Shown: positions 27,705-41,161, numbered from the stretch's first letter. The stretch is 64,000 nucleotides of DNA from Octopus sinensis (GCF_006345805.1 NC_043010.1:57536001-57600000), one strand, 5' to 3'. The notes: generated by a model from the letters alone, not told the origin. A program made the numbers and translations.

Positions 27705-28210
27705 CATCATCATCATCATTGTCGTCGTTTAACATCCGCTTTCCATGCTGGTATGGGTTGGACAGTTTGACTGAGGACTGGCGAGCCAGGAGGCTGCACC
27801 AGGCTCCAATCTGATCTGGAAAAGTTTCTACAGCTGGATGCCCTTCCTAACACCAACCACTCCGAGAGTGTAGTAGGTGCTTTTTACATGTCACCGGCAC
27901 AGGGGCCAGAGGGGGCTGGCAATGACCATGGTCAGTCGGGGCTTTTTGCGTGGCACCGGCATGGAAGCCAGTCAATGCAGTGCTGGCATCAGCCATGTTC
28001 GGATGGTACTTTTTACATGCTACCAGCACAGGGATCACAACTACAATTTCCATTTGATTTTGATTTTGATGTACTTGACTAAATAGGTCTCCTCAACAAC
28101 AGCATGTCACCCTATGATCCAAGGTACTTTTGGGTGGGCTGGTTATGTGACACTGGTGTAGGCTACAGCTGTGGACTCACTTTATTTGCAGGGTCTTCTC
28201 AGTCACAGTA
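27705..28210 (-). mobile_element. RTE-LINE 3'-UTR copy
   Basis: (CAT)n-tttaacatccg...ctacagctggatgcccttcc... is the reverse complement of the LINE tail at 32640-33110. Confidence 0.85.
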
Positions 28211-28364
28211 CATGCATCTATATTTATATATGTACTGGTCCAGACTCCACTAACACGGGTACCCTAACAATAATTTGGTGTAGTTTGTTACATGTGACTT
28301 GAGTCTAAAATTCTGGTACTATGATTCTCTTCTTAGCTTAACACGAAATACATACACACAGCCA

Positions 28365-28408
<44 letters not shown>

Positions 28409-28599
28409 GTGTGTGTGTGTGTGTGTGTGTGTTGATATTTGTTTTATTTGTTCATTCATAATAAAAATAATTTTACATTAATCTGATCGGTTACTCCATA
28501 CTTTTGTAGAAAAACATTTATTATAACTTTGAAATTCCAGTCAGCTAAGCCATCATCATCATCACCATCACCATCATCATCACCTTCATCATCATCACC

Positions 28600-28642
<43 letters not shown>

Positions 28643-28672
28643 CAATCATCACCATCACCATCATCATCACCT

Positions 28673-28703
<31 letters not shown>

Positions 28704-28859
28704 ATATATAAATGTATATATGAAGTCCTGTTGCCTCTATGTTATTAGATTGTTGCATTTTTGTCATGATCACTTTTCAGTGTATTTTTTCACTACTTAC
28801 AGTAAAAAAAAAAACCTATTAATTTTAAAATTCCCATGTTTTGTTTTGTTCTTTCTTTG

Positions 28860-30150
28860 CAGACTGTTTTATGCCATCTTGACTTTACCTTTCTAAAATG
28901 AATCTAGATCAGACCAATATTAGACGCTGTCTGCTGTACAAATTGAAAAGTGGTCCTCAGCAATAGAAACAAGAGATTTTGGTTTTCTCTTTGGAAATGA
29001 AACTTTAAGTGTCTGGACATTCCAACGATGTTTTACACAGGCAATTTTTCTCTCTCACAGACTTCCTTGATCTGGATGACCAAATTCTTCCTAAATTGAG
29101 CTTCTGAAAACCATCACTGAGGGAAATTCAAAGCAAACTCTACAAGAATTAGCAAAATGTTTCTGCTAAAGTCACATTTTGTTATAATCCTTAAAATGTT
29201 GGATTATTAACAACACCCACTTCGGTATACAGAATACTTAGTAAAACCAATAAAACACAACTATCTCTGACCCCTGACTACACACCCCGGTACTTCACGT
29301 GCTTCTCTTTACTTATAATTACTAGGTTATTCCATTCCTCACGTGCGAGGGGTGTACCATTATTAATAATTCCCTACAACACATTTCAATCATAAAACAC
29401 TTCCATAAGTAGGGAAAGTATTAAAAATGGTCACTGGTTCCCTCAACACCCTCAGCTTCACCAAAGAGCCGCCTTCTGCTCATCCTTGAAAATGAGCCTT
29501 GCTACTAAACCCTTCCACTGTGGAATCATCACAAGTGATAAAAAAAATCATATTCAATACAAACGACAATGGTTGGCACCGAATGAAGCCAAAGAATCCA
29601 TCTACAAACCAGAACTTGGAAGACAGTTATGCTGTGTGTTTGGTGGGTTACGAAGGATGTTGTCCATCACAAAGTGTGAAGCCAAAATGAAATGGTTAAT
29701 GCTGAGAAGAATTATCACCAACTGAAAACACATAAATTTGCAGAAAAAACACAAAACATGTCCATCATTGGTCAGTTGTAACAGTGAGTTGCTCTTACGT
29801 CATAATGCAAGACCACATAGTGACCGAGTCACCGAGGAAAAGATCATGGGACTAAATAGAGAAGACTTTCTTAATACGTCTTCCTCTTCTGACCTTGCTA
29901 CATCTCATTATCATCTTTTCAGGTCATTGCAACATTATTTGGAGGGAAAAACTGTCTAGGAATTTTGGATAATATTGAGTGCTTCTTTGCTTTGAAACCT
30001 GAAGAATTTTACACCCGAGGGATCACCAATCTACCAAATAAATGGAACTGTGCTATCAATAATTAGAGGGATCATTATCTTGATTAAATATATCAATTAA
30101 GAAGTGTTTGTTTCAAACTTGAAATGTGACAGAGCTTCCTTCCAAACTAA
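28860..30150 (+). mobile_element. Mariner (DD34D-like) transposase relic, interrupted
   Basis: NIRRCLLYKLK; IITSDKK..KRQWLAPNE..KPEL; LLRHNARPH; SDLATSHYHLFRSLQHYLEGK (cf. SPDLAPSDYHLFRSLQ). Confidence 0.8.
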
Positions 30151-30209
30151 TATTACATGGTGTGATATCCATTAGATATTCTTTAAAGTATATTATACCA
30201 TATTATAAT

Positions 30210-30357
30210 CATTCTGAGTTCAAATTCTGCCAAGATCAACTTTATCTTTCATCCTTTTAGGGACCATAAAATATGCGCCAGTTGAGCACTGGGGTCGATA
30301 TAAAATACTTGACCTCTAACATGAAATTGCTGGCCTTGTGCCAAAATTTGAAACCAA
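30210..30357 (+). mobile_element. tRNA-derived SINE family D fragment
   Basis: gagttcaaattctgcc...tttcatcctt...ccagttgagcactggggtcgat...gctggccttgtgccaaaatttgaaacc. Related copies at 39745-39900 (-), 48405-48500, 49415-49560 and 50485-50620. Confidence 0.7.
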
Positions 30358-31199
30358 GATGTGTACATATACTTTGATCTTCAGCAAAAAGTCAAATGCA
30401 TGCATACATACACACACACACACACACATATATATACACACACATACGTACATACATAAAGTTATTTTACTTAGCCACACCTTCATTTCTTCCAACCAAA
30501 GACAGATTTCGATTCCTTCTGTTCATTTAATTTTGCCATTTTCTGATGTTAGCAAAGTTTCGCAACTTAATGCATAAGAAACAACTCCCTGTTTCAATAC
30601 AGTGTTCTCCCCCACCCCCACCCCACACACACTACCACCACATCTCAATCCCTCCCTCTCTCAATTTCACTCCCTTTCTCTCTCCATCACATCAGGTGAT
30701 ACTTGTTATATATATATGTATGCATATTGTATATATATATACACATACATACATATGCATATACATGTACGTGTGTATGCATGCATGTCTCTCTCTCTCT
30801 CTCTCCCTCTTTCTCTCTCTCTCTATATATATGCATACATACATACATGTATGTACATCTCTATACAATAGCTGGTGCCATTCTGTCTCAAGTGAACTCA
30901 AAGTCCAAAACAATTAATAAATTTATTATAAATTCTTCAAATGTTATTTCAGTTTATTAATTTGAACATTTATAAGAGAGAAGCAATCAATGATTGATCT
31001 ATTAAATCTATTGATTAGTTACGTCCAATTAATGTTTATGGTATCTAAATGGCAGCAAACCCATGTGGTGGTGGTGGTGGTCATCATAAGGATGACAATA
31101 TTGATGTTGCTGTTGTTGGTCAACCCTCATCAAACACAATTACGTTGAAAGACATTCCAACTGTGAAAATTGCATCTCTTTTATGTATTTAGAACACCA

Positions 31200-33110
31200 T
31201 TAAACCGCATTGTGAACAGCATCCAGTTTAATGATAATAGATGTACAGAGGTAGTCAGAGTGAGTGACAGAGTGCTTAAGCTGAGGCCAGTCTTGCAGAA
31301 TAGCATAGTGTCAATTATGTCTCCCTGTGCCCCACAAGCAGGCCTACCAAATGAACAGGTGGACCATTTTTATGATAACCTGCTGCAGACTACCTCTAAG
31401 ACAAATGACAAGGATCTTGTCTTCGTGGCTGGGGACATCAATGGGCATGTCAGATGGCAGCCTGGTATTTTCCATGGTGTACATGAGGGCCATGGTATTG
31501 GTTCCTGAAACAAAGGGGGAACAAGGCTACTGGAGTTCTGTAATGCAAATAACCTATTGATCTGCAACACCAACATCAAGAAGCTAGCCAGCCACCTGAT
31601 AACCTACCAATCAGGTGGCTATGCTAGCCAGATCGATTACATTCTCATCAGACAGTGGGATGCATGGTTGCTCATAAATGCAAAGACCTTCCCTGGTGAA
31701 GAATGTACCCACCAGCATAGAATAATCATTAATAACTTTAGACTCCAGGCCAGAAGGATGCCAAGAAGCAGACCAAGCTGGGAAAGAAGGATTTGGAACC
31801 AGCTATCTGAATCGACAGTACCCTGGTAAATAAAGCAATTAAGGACATGAAAACAGGGAAAGCCCTTCAGGAATCACTGTTGAGATGCTTAAAATATCTG
31901 GCTGTGTAAGTTATAGTCTAGTCACTTGTATTGTAAATCAGCTGATTAACAAAGGAGTCATATGCAATGACTGGTGTAGCAGCACCATAGTCAACTGCTA
32001 CAAGGGTAAAGGTGATGCCTTAGAAATAATTACAAAGGTATCAAATTGTTCGATCAGGTGATGAAAGTTGCAGAGATGATCATAGCCCAACTAATTAGAG
32101 AGAGAGTTAGTCTAGATGAGATGCAGTTTGGTTTTGTGCCAGGGAGAAGCACCACAGACACAATATTTCTGGTAAGGCAGCTGCAGGAGAAATACCTAGC
32201 CAAAGATAAACCTCTGTATTTAGCTTCTGTTGACTTGGAGAAAGCCTTTGACAGGGCCCCCGATCCCTTATCTGCTGATCAATGTGGAAACTATGGATAG
32301 ACAAGCGGTTGGTGAGGGTTGGCAATGAGTACAGGGAAGAATTCAAGGTACAAGTTGGGGTTCACCAACAATTGGTCCTCAGCCCCTTCTTGTTCATCAT
32401 AGTCCTCCAGGTGATGACAGAGGAATTTAAGACATGCTGCTCCTGGGAGTTCCTCTATGCTGATGACTTTGTTCTTATAGCTGAATCACTGCCAGAACTA
32501 GAGAAAAAGTTCCAGGTATGGAAGCAAGGTCTAGAATCAAAGGACCTTGGGGTTAACCTAGCAAAAACCAAAGTCTTAGTGAGTAGGAAAGCAGACAAAT
32601 CACAGCATTGAGCCTCATGGAGGTAAAGTGGTTGAGCTCATTTTGAGTGCTGGGCCTCACAGAGGCAATGACAGAACTTTGGCATTAGGTCCTGCTTGAG
32701 AAGACCCATCAAGCCAAGTAAAATGGTAGTCGTGGCAGATACTGGTGTCACACAAATGGCAGCCATGCCAGTGGCACATAAAAGCATTTTTCAAGCATTG
32801 GACCTCATGGAGGCAAGGACCAAGACCATTTGGCATTATGCTGTGCCTGAGAAGAAGACCCATCAAGCCAAGTAAAATTGCAGTTGTGGCAGATACAGGT
32901 GTCATGCAAATGGCACCTGTGCCAGCGGCATGTAAAATCACTCATTACACTCGTGGAGTGGTTGGCATTAGGACGGGTGTCCAGTTGTAGAAACGATGCC
33001 AAAACAGACTGGACTCTGGTGCAGCCTTCCAGTTTGCCTGCTCTGGTCAAACTGTCCAACCCATGCCAGTATGGACAATGGACGTTAAATAATGATGATG
33101 ATGATGATTT
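31200..33110 (+). mobile_element. RTE-type LINE relic: APE endonuclease, RT, 3'-UTR, (GAT)n tail
   Basis: VAGDINGH and SQIDYIL (APE); QFGFVPGRSTTDTIF, VDLEKAFDR, VLSPFLF and FLYADD (RT). Followed by a 3'-UTR with tandem units and gatgatgat. Multiple deletions. Confidence 0.92.
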
Positions 33111-34286
33111 GAGAAAGATTTCAACCAAGTGACAATAGAGTTAATCCTATTAATTGTGGTGAATGGAAAAATATTCTTTGAAATTCCTGGACCTATTTTG
33201 CTTCTTATGTCTACAATGAGTTTCCTCATCCATTTTATACCTCTGGAACCCTTTGATTCTCATTTTGGTCTACTCAGTCCTCTTATCCGTTCAATGTCCA
33301 ACAAAATGTTATCACATTTTTGTAATTAAATGTTATTAGGAATTGTATAAAAAAAAATGTTGTTTAAATATTTTGTGGATTGTAGAAGCTTAAACAGTTT
33401 TTTGCACACAAATTTGAACAGCAAAACCTTATGTGGACCCTTGTTGGGAATCGCTGATCTAAAAGAAGTTACTTGCTGTGTTCTGTTGAAAATACATCTA
33501 CAAACTAGGAGTAGCCGGTGGGAGCAGGCACCAGTTGAGGTGTTCTCTCTCACAAATGTTATCTTATCTGATCAACATGTCTCCTAAAGTGATTCTCATT
33601 TAAAATATATTTGACACAAGAAATAAAACAAACCAAGCAAGATGGCCGCCAGATTAAGGATGAGTGATGGTGGGATTATTGCATGCAGGCTCCCAGCATG
33701 GGGTCTGTTTTAAAAGGTTTCCAAGAGAGACAGGAAATGATAGCTGGAAGTTTTTTCAATCAAACTTTTTCACCAGTTTAAGCATTAAATGACTGGAGGA
33801 GGCTATAAAACTGTCATGGAACCATCATGGAGGGCAGTGGTGGTGGTGGTGGGTGGGTGGGTGGAGGATAAATATGTTTCTGTAGCCACATGGTGAGTTA
33901 ACAGAGTTTTAGGGCCATCACTTATGTTCCATTAACACTTACAGATATGATGATGATGATGATGACGATGATGATGATGATCGGCCACTGTATCTACTGT
34001 AAACAACCATTATACAACAATGTAATTTCTACGTCTGTCATTTCTCTATCTCTGTCTTCCACACACATGTGCCACCATTGTTTTGATCTCTCTGTCTCTG
34101 TCTCTCTCTCTTTCTGTGCCACCCAAGGGATTATACATATGTCCCCCCTGGCACACACACACACACACACAGTCCATCAAACCAACTGCTGTTTCAAATA
34201 TATGACATTTTCCATTGACTACAGTGACAATAGAGACTGTGGTGAAGGCGGAGGCGGCAGTGGCACATTGCTCCATGAGAAAGAAG

Positions 34287-34317
<31 letters not shown>

Positions 34318-34689
34318 CAGCAGTAGAAAAAGAAGGTGGAACAAAGAATAAACCGTATTATTGAAAAGATGTCTGACCAATAATGGAATTAATTGATACA
34401 AATATAGCTGCTCCGAAACAACATCAACAATCATAACAACAGCAATAATTATCATTCGACAAACGAAACTGATAAACAATAACAATAACAACAAAAAAAC
34501 CCAATTACATTGAATAAAAAAAAAAACAACTGCTTTTTCTTTGTGTTGTTTTACTAGTTTTTATTTGTTTTTATAACAGTGCATACGCACACATACACAC
34601 ACAAACACATAAATATATATATATATTCACCAGAAATACATACAAATGAATGTACATATGCTTGTGTATACATTTATGTGGATATACCG

Positions 34690-34744
<55 letters not shown>

Positions 34745-34748
34745 ATAG

Positions 34749-34784
<36 letters not shown>

Positions 34785-34970
34785 TATAGATATATATATA
34801 TATATATATATATAGATATATATATATAGATATATATATATATATAGATATAGATATATATATATATATATAGATATGATATATAATATATATATAATAT
34901 AGATATAGATTATATATATATATATATATAGATATATAGATATAGTATATATATATATATATATATATAG

Positions 34971-35002
<32 letters not shown>

Positions 35003-35026
35003 GATATAGATATATATATATATATT

Positions 35027-35062
<36 letters not shown>

Positions 35063-35277
35063 GATTATATATATATATATATATATATATATAGATATAG
35101 ATATATATATATATATATAGATATAGATATATATATATATATATATAGATATATAGATATATATATATATATATATATATAGATATAATATATTATATAT
35201 ATATATAGATATATATATATATATATATATAGATATATAGATATATATATATATATATATAGATATATATATTATAT

Positions 35278-35310
<33 letters not shown>

Positions 35311-35313
35311 TAT

Positions 35314-35346
<33 letters not shown>

Positions 35347-35575
35347 TATAGAGATATATATATATATATAGATATAGATATATAGATATATATATATATA
35401 TATAGATATATATATATATATATATATATATAGATAGATATATATATATATATAGATATATATATATATATATATATAGATATAGATATATATATATTAT
35501 ATATAGATATAGATATATATAGATATATATATATATATAGATATATTATATATATATATATATAGATATATATAT

Positions 35576-35615
<40 letters not shown>

Positions 35616-35674
35616 TATAGATATATATAGTATATATAGATATAGGATATAGATATATATATATATATAGATAT

Positions 35675-35713
<39 letters not shown>

Positions 35714-35790
35714 TATAGATAGATAGATAGATATAGATATATATATAGATATATAGATATACCTATATACATATATATGTATATATCAAC
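34690..35790. repeat. ~1.1-kb (TA)n/(TAGA) microsatellite
   Basis: Directly visible. The irregular units may partly reflect sequencing noise. Confidence 0.95.
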
Positions 35791-36111
35791 ATTATCATCT
35801 CATTGTTTAACATCCGCCTTCCATGCTGGGAATATATATATTATATATATATACATACATGTGTGTGTGTGTGTGAGAGTGGATTCGTTCAGTCGGTTGC
35901 ATTCCATTTCCATCTGTGGTGGTTCAATACACAGTTGTATCTTTAGCATTTTATATCTTCTCAATTAATCGACAGCAAAAACAAAAACAAACCCACCCAC
36001 CCACGACCACCACGCCCTTCTCCTCCTCCCCCTCCCTACCTGTTTCCTCTGAAACCATTTACAAAGTTTAAACAACCATTGATCACCCCCGCCCCTCATT
36101 TACAGTTGTGC

Positions 36112-36150
<39 letters not shown>

Positions 36151-36449
36151 AGAGAGAGAAACAAGTTTTCTTTTCAGTTGTTTTTATTGAATTTTGTTAT
36201 AAACAAATATTTTTTGTTTTTATATATAGGATAAATATATATAAGTTTATGTCAGCATGTGTATGCCAAGTTTTTTATATGCATATGTATATATATATGT
36301 GTGTGTGTGTATAATATACATATATGTATATAAACATATATATATATGTATATATATATATATGTATATATGTATATGTGTATATGTGTATATGTAAAAA
36401 TGTATGTATATAGATATATTATATATATATATATATATATATGTATATG

Positions 36450-36497
<48 letters not shown>

Positions 36498-36575
36498 TAT
36501 GTAGATTCTTCCATGCACTTTAAAAATATCAATTCTACAATTATGTGTGTAAGTTTTTGTATCATCTATATAATG

Positions 36576-36610
<35 letters not shown>

Positions 36611-37192
36611 TGTATGCATGTATGTATGTGTGTGTGTATATGCCATTTAATATATATAAATTATAATCCACATTTACATATTTTTATTTACATATTTTAC
36701 GTATTTTTATCATTAAATGTTAAACAATGAAATATCGAGCCATTGTTTCTATGTTGTAGTGGTGTTGGTTGTAGTGGTGGTTGTTGTTGTGGTTGTTGTA
36801 GCTGTTGTCGTTCTGCATAACATTGTTGTTGTTTCTTGTTGAAGCTGCTGTTGTTTAGCCCCAGGTCAAACCTCCTCATGTAGGCATATTACCAAAGACA
36901 TTCCAACTATGAACCTCCTGTCATTTCAAATGTATCTAGGACTCCACTCATTAATGTGTCCTTTCATTATTGGAAAAGGTAGGTGTGACTGAAGGGAGAT
37001 TTGGCTGCTATTTCTATTACAGTTGTTGCTATCCCCACTACTGACATTGTCCAGTGTAAAGAGACACACCATACCATCTCCCTGTGGTCACCATTGTTAC
37101 CATAGTTACGTTCTACCATGTTGTCCAGTTCAGCCCTTTGCTTTGTGCGTGACGGTTCTGCTGTTGTCCCCTTTCTCTTGTCAATCTGGTAC

Positions 37193-37248
37193 CTAGTACT
37201 GGCCCCGGTTTGGGGCTGAGGTCATATTTTGTCTGTAATTATGCAGGG
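37193..37248 (-). CDS. Probable protocadherin terminal coding exon 3: (A)LHNYRQNMTSAPNRGQY*
   Basis: Very strong acceptor tttcttctttttcatttcag| (AG 37250-37249). Phase-1 entry (G+CC) matches the exon-2 donor and gives the longest open frame from this acceptor, stop TAG 37195-37193. Intron 2 = 2,167 bp. Predicted protein is 868 aa from ATG 56660. Confidence 0.6.
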
Positions 37249-37444
37249 CTGAAATGAAAAAGAAGAAATTGGGTCACATAGTCATCATCAATACACTTGC
37301 TGACATACACACATATATACATTTACTTATGCACACGCATACATATGCACATATACATATCTCCTATACAAAAACATATATACACATATGTGTGTGTGTG
37401 TGTGTATCTAATATAATAATGTGCATAGTGTCTTTATATATTTA

Positions 37445-37496
<52 letters not shown>

Positions 37497-37800
37497 ATAT
37501 ACACATATATATATATATATATATTTGTCCAGAATGACGTTGGATGCAGAGGAGGGGAGAAAATAGTAATTCAGTGAAGGAGAAGTAGTGAGAGTAATAG
37601 CCCTAACTGAGAGAGTGTGAGAGAAAGTAATAGCAACAGGAGAAAGGAAGGGCTGATGATAGATGAATAAGGAAGGAAGAGGTGAAAAAGAAATCAGCAT
37701 TTCGACTCTGAGTATATGTGTATATATGTGTACATGTATGCATGTAGAAGGAAAGTATGTGAATGTTTGTATGTGTGATTATTATGTAACTTATTTTGTA

Positions 37801-37857
37801 CCTTATATATAAAATACTACAATTAGCCATCATTTTTGATGGCACATGGTCAGCTAG
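37801..37857 (+). mobile_element. Minimal Helitron-like unit / Helitron 3' end
   Basis: cttatatataaaa start, hairpin gccatca-tttt-tgatggc (37826-37843), then 10 nt and CTAG (37854-37857) followed by T. Confidence 0.55.
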
Positions 37858-37861
37858 TATA

Positions 37862-38834
37862 TCTATATATATAAAACTCAACTTGTGTGTCTGTGTGTGT
37901 ATTTGTGTGTGTGTCTGTGTGTTTAACTTCCCGGTACATCTCCTCCTAGCCAACAAATCATAGAACCACCAAAAATGGGTCACTTAAAGTTTAGGCGAAT
38001 GAAAATTGAACTGCGTTATTTCTGTTCCGAAATTCATCTCGCAAGTGCAAAAATTGATAATATGTTTGTTTCAGCCTTATCCCATGCATTGAATAGTGAA
38101 CTTTACCCAGTCAGCTGTTTGACGTGAACTGTGTTCACCACGCGTGCAAGCATGCATAAATTGCATGAAAAATAAAAAATCAAGATATAAAAACGAATCA
38201 CCGTAAACGTTGTAGAAATTCAGCAAAGAAATGAATTTTCGGGATGTAGCCAATTGTTTTCATAACATTTTTAACGCTTTGAATTAAATGCGACCATTTT
38301 GCGTTGAGTCTGCAGTTTGAATCACTTTAACCAAATTTTAGCAGGCCGGATTTTTGATCCTCACGATACATCACCAGCGACTCCCTGAAACTCTACCCTG
38401 AAATCCCCATTGAGAAATACTGATCTAAAAGAATAATTCAACAATACAATTATTTGATCAACAAAAATTTATGAAACGCTTCTACGTACTTCCTATTGAG
38501 GAAATGGAACACATAAGCGCAAAAATAGAGGGCATTAAATGCTTGATTTTAAAAACCAAAATAATTGAATTTTGATTGAACTTTATCCAAGTTTAGCTTA
38601 ATTCGCACGTGCATAGAACGCACGAGCGCACGTACGTACATTGTGTAAGAAAGTATTGATTTTGCACTCGCAGATTAATCGATTTTCCTCACTGCGATTA
38701 ATAGTCACACGTGCAAAAATCATTTGTGCTGCTTTGCTTTCGTATGACTCCGCATGCTACGAGTTCAGCGAGATCAGTTACTTGGGAGTTGTAACAATTT
38801 TTGCTTCCACAGGTAAGCCGGGCAATACTGCTAG
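37862..38834 (+). mobile_element. Non-autonomous Helitron-like element
   Basis: A|TCTATATATATAAAAC start with a following (TG)-rich tract; end ...gccgggcaatactgCTAG|T. Inserted between A and T with no TSD. Confidence 0.75.
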
Positions 38835-38875
38835 TATATATATTTATATATAATGCACACACATACATATACATA

Positions 38876-39384
38876 TAAGTTCTGACCGAAAAGTATGAGG
38901 ACTGTTGTAATGGTAATGAAGATAAAGTCCACAGAGTGAAGCTGTTTGGCACCATCTGACCTTCAACTCTGTCGTGGAAACACACTCAGTTATAACGTCC
39001 TCACTCACTTCCGTTGTTTGTAGAAGTGTTTGGAAGTAAAGTGTGTAGAGTGTGATTGCCTCACAAGGGAAATTGGTTCAAAGGTTTCCAAGTTGTCCAA
39101 CAAAATATCAACTGTGATGAAGATTTTGGGAGAACATTTTTCCCTTCGCAAAAATCAAATCCCACTCGAAAGGCACAAGATTTCAAGACCTTGAAGAAAT
39201 CCAAGAGGATGCGATTAGGCACCAGTTTGGTATCTCTTTAAAGGAGTTCCAAGAATGCTTCCATCAATGGAAGCGATACTGGATAAAGAGTGAGGCTCCA
39301 GAAGGGGATTACTTCAAAGGAGATTTTATGCCCTGTAGTTCCCTTTTTAGAGCCCCAGTGCTGATCCTTTTGGACCAGACCTCA
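38876..39384 (+). mobile_element. Internally deleted mariner element
   Basis: TIRs (23/31 including the TA flanks at 38874-75 and 39385-86). C-terminal KGTRFQDLEEIQ..FQECFHQWKRYW..EGDYFKGD (cf. GDYFEGD). Confidence 0.85.
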
Positions 39385-39415
39385 TACATGCAACGAAGGT
39401 AGATCGGTTCTTTAC

Positions 39416-39584
39416 CTAACATAGCTGGAATCTCTTCGTATTGATCCTTGTCTCCTCGGCTCCACATATGGCCAGTGTCTCTGTCACTTAAATAACTGGG
39501 ACCCATGATCATCATCTCATCAACATCCGGTTCACCTGCACAGGAAGTGGCTGTAATGGCTGGCTGGTACATCTTTGACTTGGG
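39416..39584 (-). CDS. Protocadherin coding exon 2 (169 bp): PKSKMYQPAITATSCAGEPDVDEMMIMGPSYLSDRDTGHMWSRGDKDQYEEIPAML
   Basis: Acceptor ttcttatcacttccacacag| (AG 39586-39585), entered in phase 0 to match the exon-1 donor. The frame is open. Donor TAG|GTAAAG (GT 39415-39414), phase 1. Non-repetitive, protein-like island between repeats. The DTGHxW..YEE motif resembles cephalopod protocadherin tails as I recall them. Intron 1 = 14,694 bp. Confidence 0.8.
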
Positions 39585-39627
39585 CTGTGTGGAAGTGATA
39601 AGAATAACAATAATAACAACAATAACA

Positions 39628-39658
<31 letters not shown>

Positions 39659-39744
39659 TGATAATAATAATAATAATGGCGAGAAATGGAAGAAAATTTG
39701 AAGAAAGAAGGAAAAAAAAAATAATAGTGATGATTTAAAATTCT

Positions 39745-39900
39745 GACACAAGGCCAACAATTTTGAGGGAGGAGGTAAGCCAATTCCCTCAATTCAAGAG
39801 CTCAACTGGTAAATATTTCATTGGCCCCAAAAGGATGAAAGGCAAAGTCTACCTCGGTGGAATTTGAATTCAGAACAGAGGGAGACAGAAAAATACTGCT
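39745..39900 (-). mobile_element. SINE family D fragment
   Basis: Reverse complement of the 30210 copy (aaattctgacacaaggcc...ggatgaaaggcaaagtctacctcggtggaatttgaattcagaac). Confidence 0.7.
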
Positions 39901-40639
39901 AAGCATTTCTTCCAACTGATAATAACACAGTGGTGGTCTATGACATAGTATAGGTACAGTAGGATAGAGTGGTGTGGTAGTGCAATGTGATGGTGGTGGT
40001 ATATGTTGAACTTGGCTTAAGAGGGTGTTAATACAGGGTGTTGGTATAGTGGTGTGGTAGTTGTGTGGTAGTGGTACATCTTGAAGGTGGGCTGAAAGTG
40101 ATAGGGTGAGACATAGGATAGGTGGTGGTAGTGATGTTGTGTGTTTATGGTCAGACTCCATTGGCTACGATACAGAGGTACAGATGTTCATCACTCTCTG
40201 TAGCCAGTCCACTTACCGTGAATAAGCTCTATGAGGAGGTGCAAGTTACTGGAAGAAGTGACAGGAGCAGAGGATCGTTCACTAAACACCCATTGGTGAG
40301 TTCAAGTCCTTGTATGTATAGAACTTAGAGAGAAAGAGGGGTGGTTCAGTGGGAGAGAGAGGGAGAGAGAAAGAGAGTGAGAGGGGGGAGAGATAGGTTA
40401 CTGCTATTGAAGACCCTCCAGATTGATGATGTTCTGACCCAATATCTCAATGGGGACCCAAAACTACAGAGGAAACACACAGTTTGTGATTTTCTGCTCT
40501 TCTTTCCAGTGATATATTACTGGTATTTCGACTGTACTAAGTACAAAATGGTCAGCTGATCTAAACCAATATATCAGGTAAGTAGATAACAGCACAAATG
40601 ATAGATTGCTGTACGTTATGGTATGCCATGATAACAATA

Positions 40640-40739
40640 GAATAATGTAGTGCTACTTATTCTTTTATTCTTGTTATATTTAAAATAATTGAAAGAAACA
40701 CAGAATATCTCAAAATAAATACAGCAAGAAAAGGGTTAA
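40640..40739. mobile_element. piggyBac-type MITE terminal fragment
   Basis: Ends ...aaaAGGG|TTAA. A CCCT-type start with TTAA also occurs at 58953 (TTAA|cccttt). Confidence 0.4.
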
Positions 40740-41130
40740 CATTATATTACAGCAGTTTAGAGAATATAGAAGCACCGTAGGATTTTGTGAATAGAAATAC
40801 GGCTGTTTTTATTTCTAAGTTAAAAGTGCTACCATTGGTTTCAGGCAGAGCTTTGCATTTATTCAAACCCTCCACTTAACAATCCTATTCCTACCAATTT
40901 TCTCAGGTGGAGTCTTTGAATAAATGCAAACTTTCTGCATGAAGAATTTCAATATACAAACATGGAAAACAGTTCTCAATTTACATAAACGGAGTTTTCA
41001 TAAATTATTTTTTATTGAAACTCTTGATTAAACCTTTCACTACTTAGAGTTTCCTGTTTTATGTGTTCATCCATGTCACATAAGAATGATGTCATGTATG
41101 TGTGTATATATATTTATATATATGTATGTA

Positions 41131-41161
<31 letters not shown>

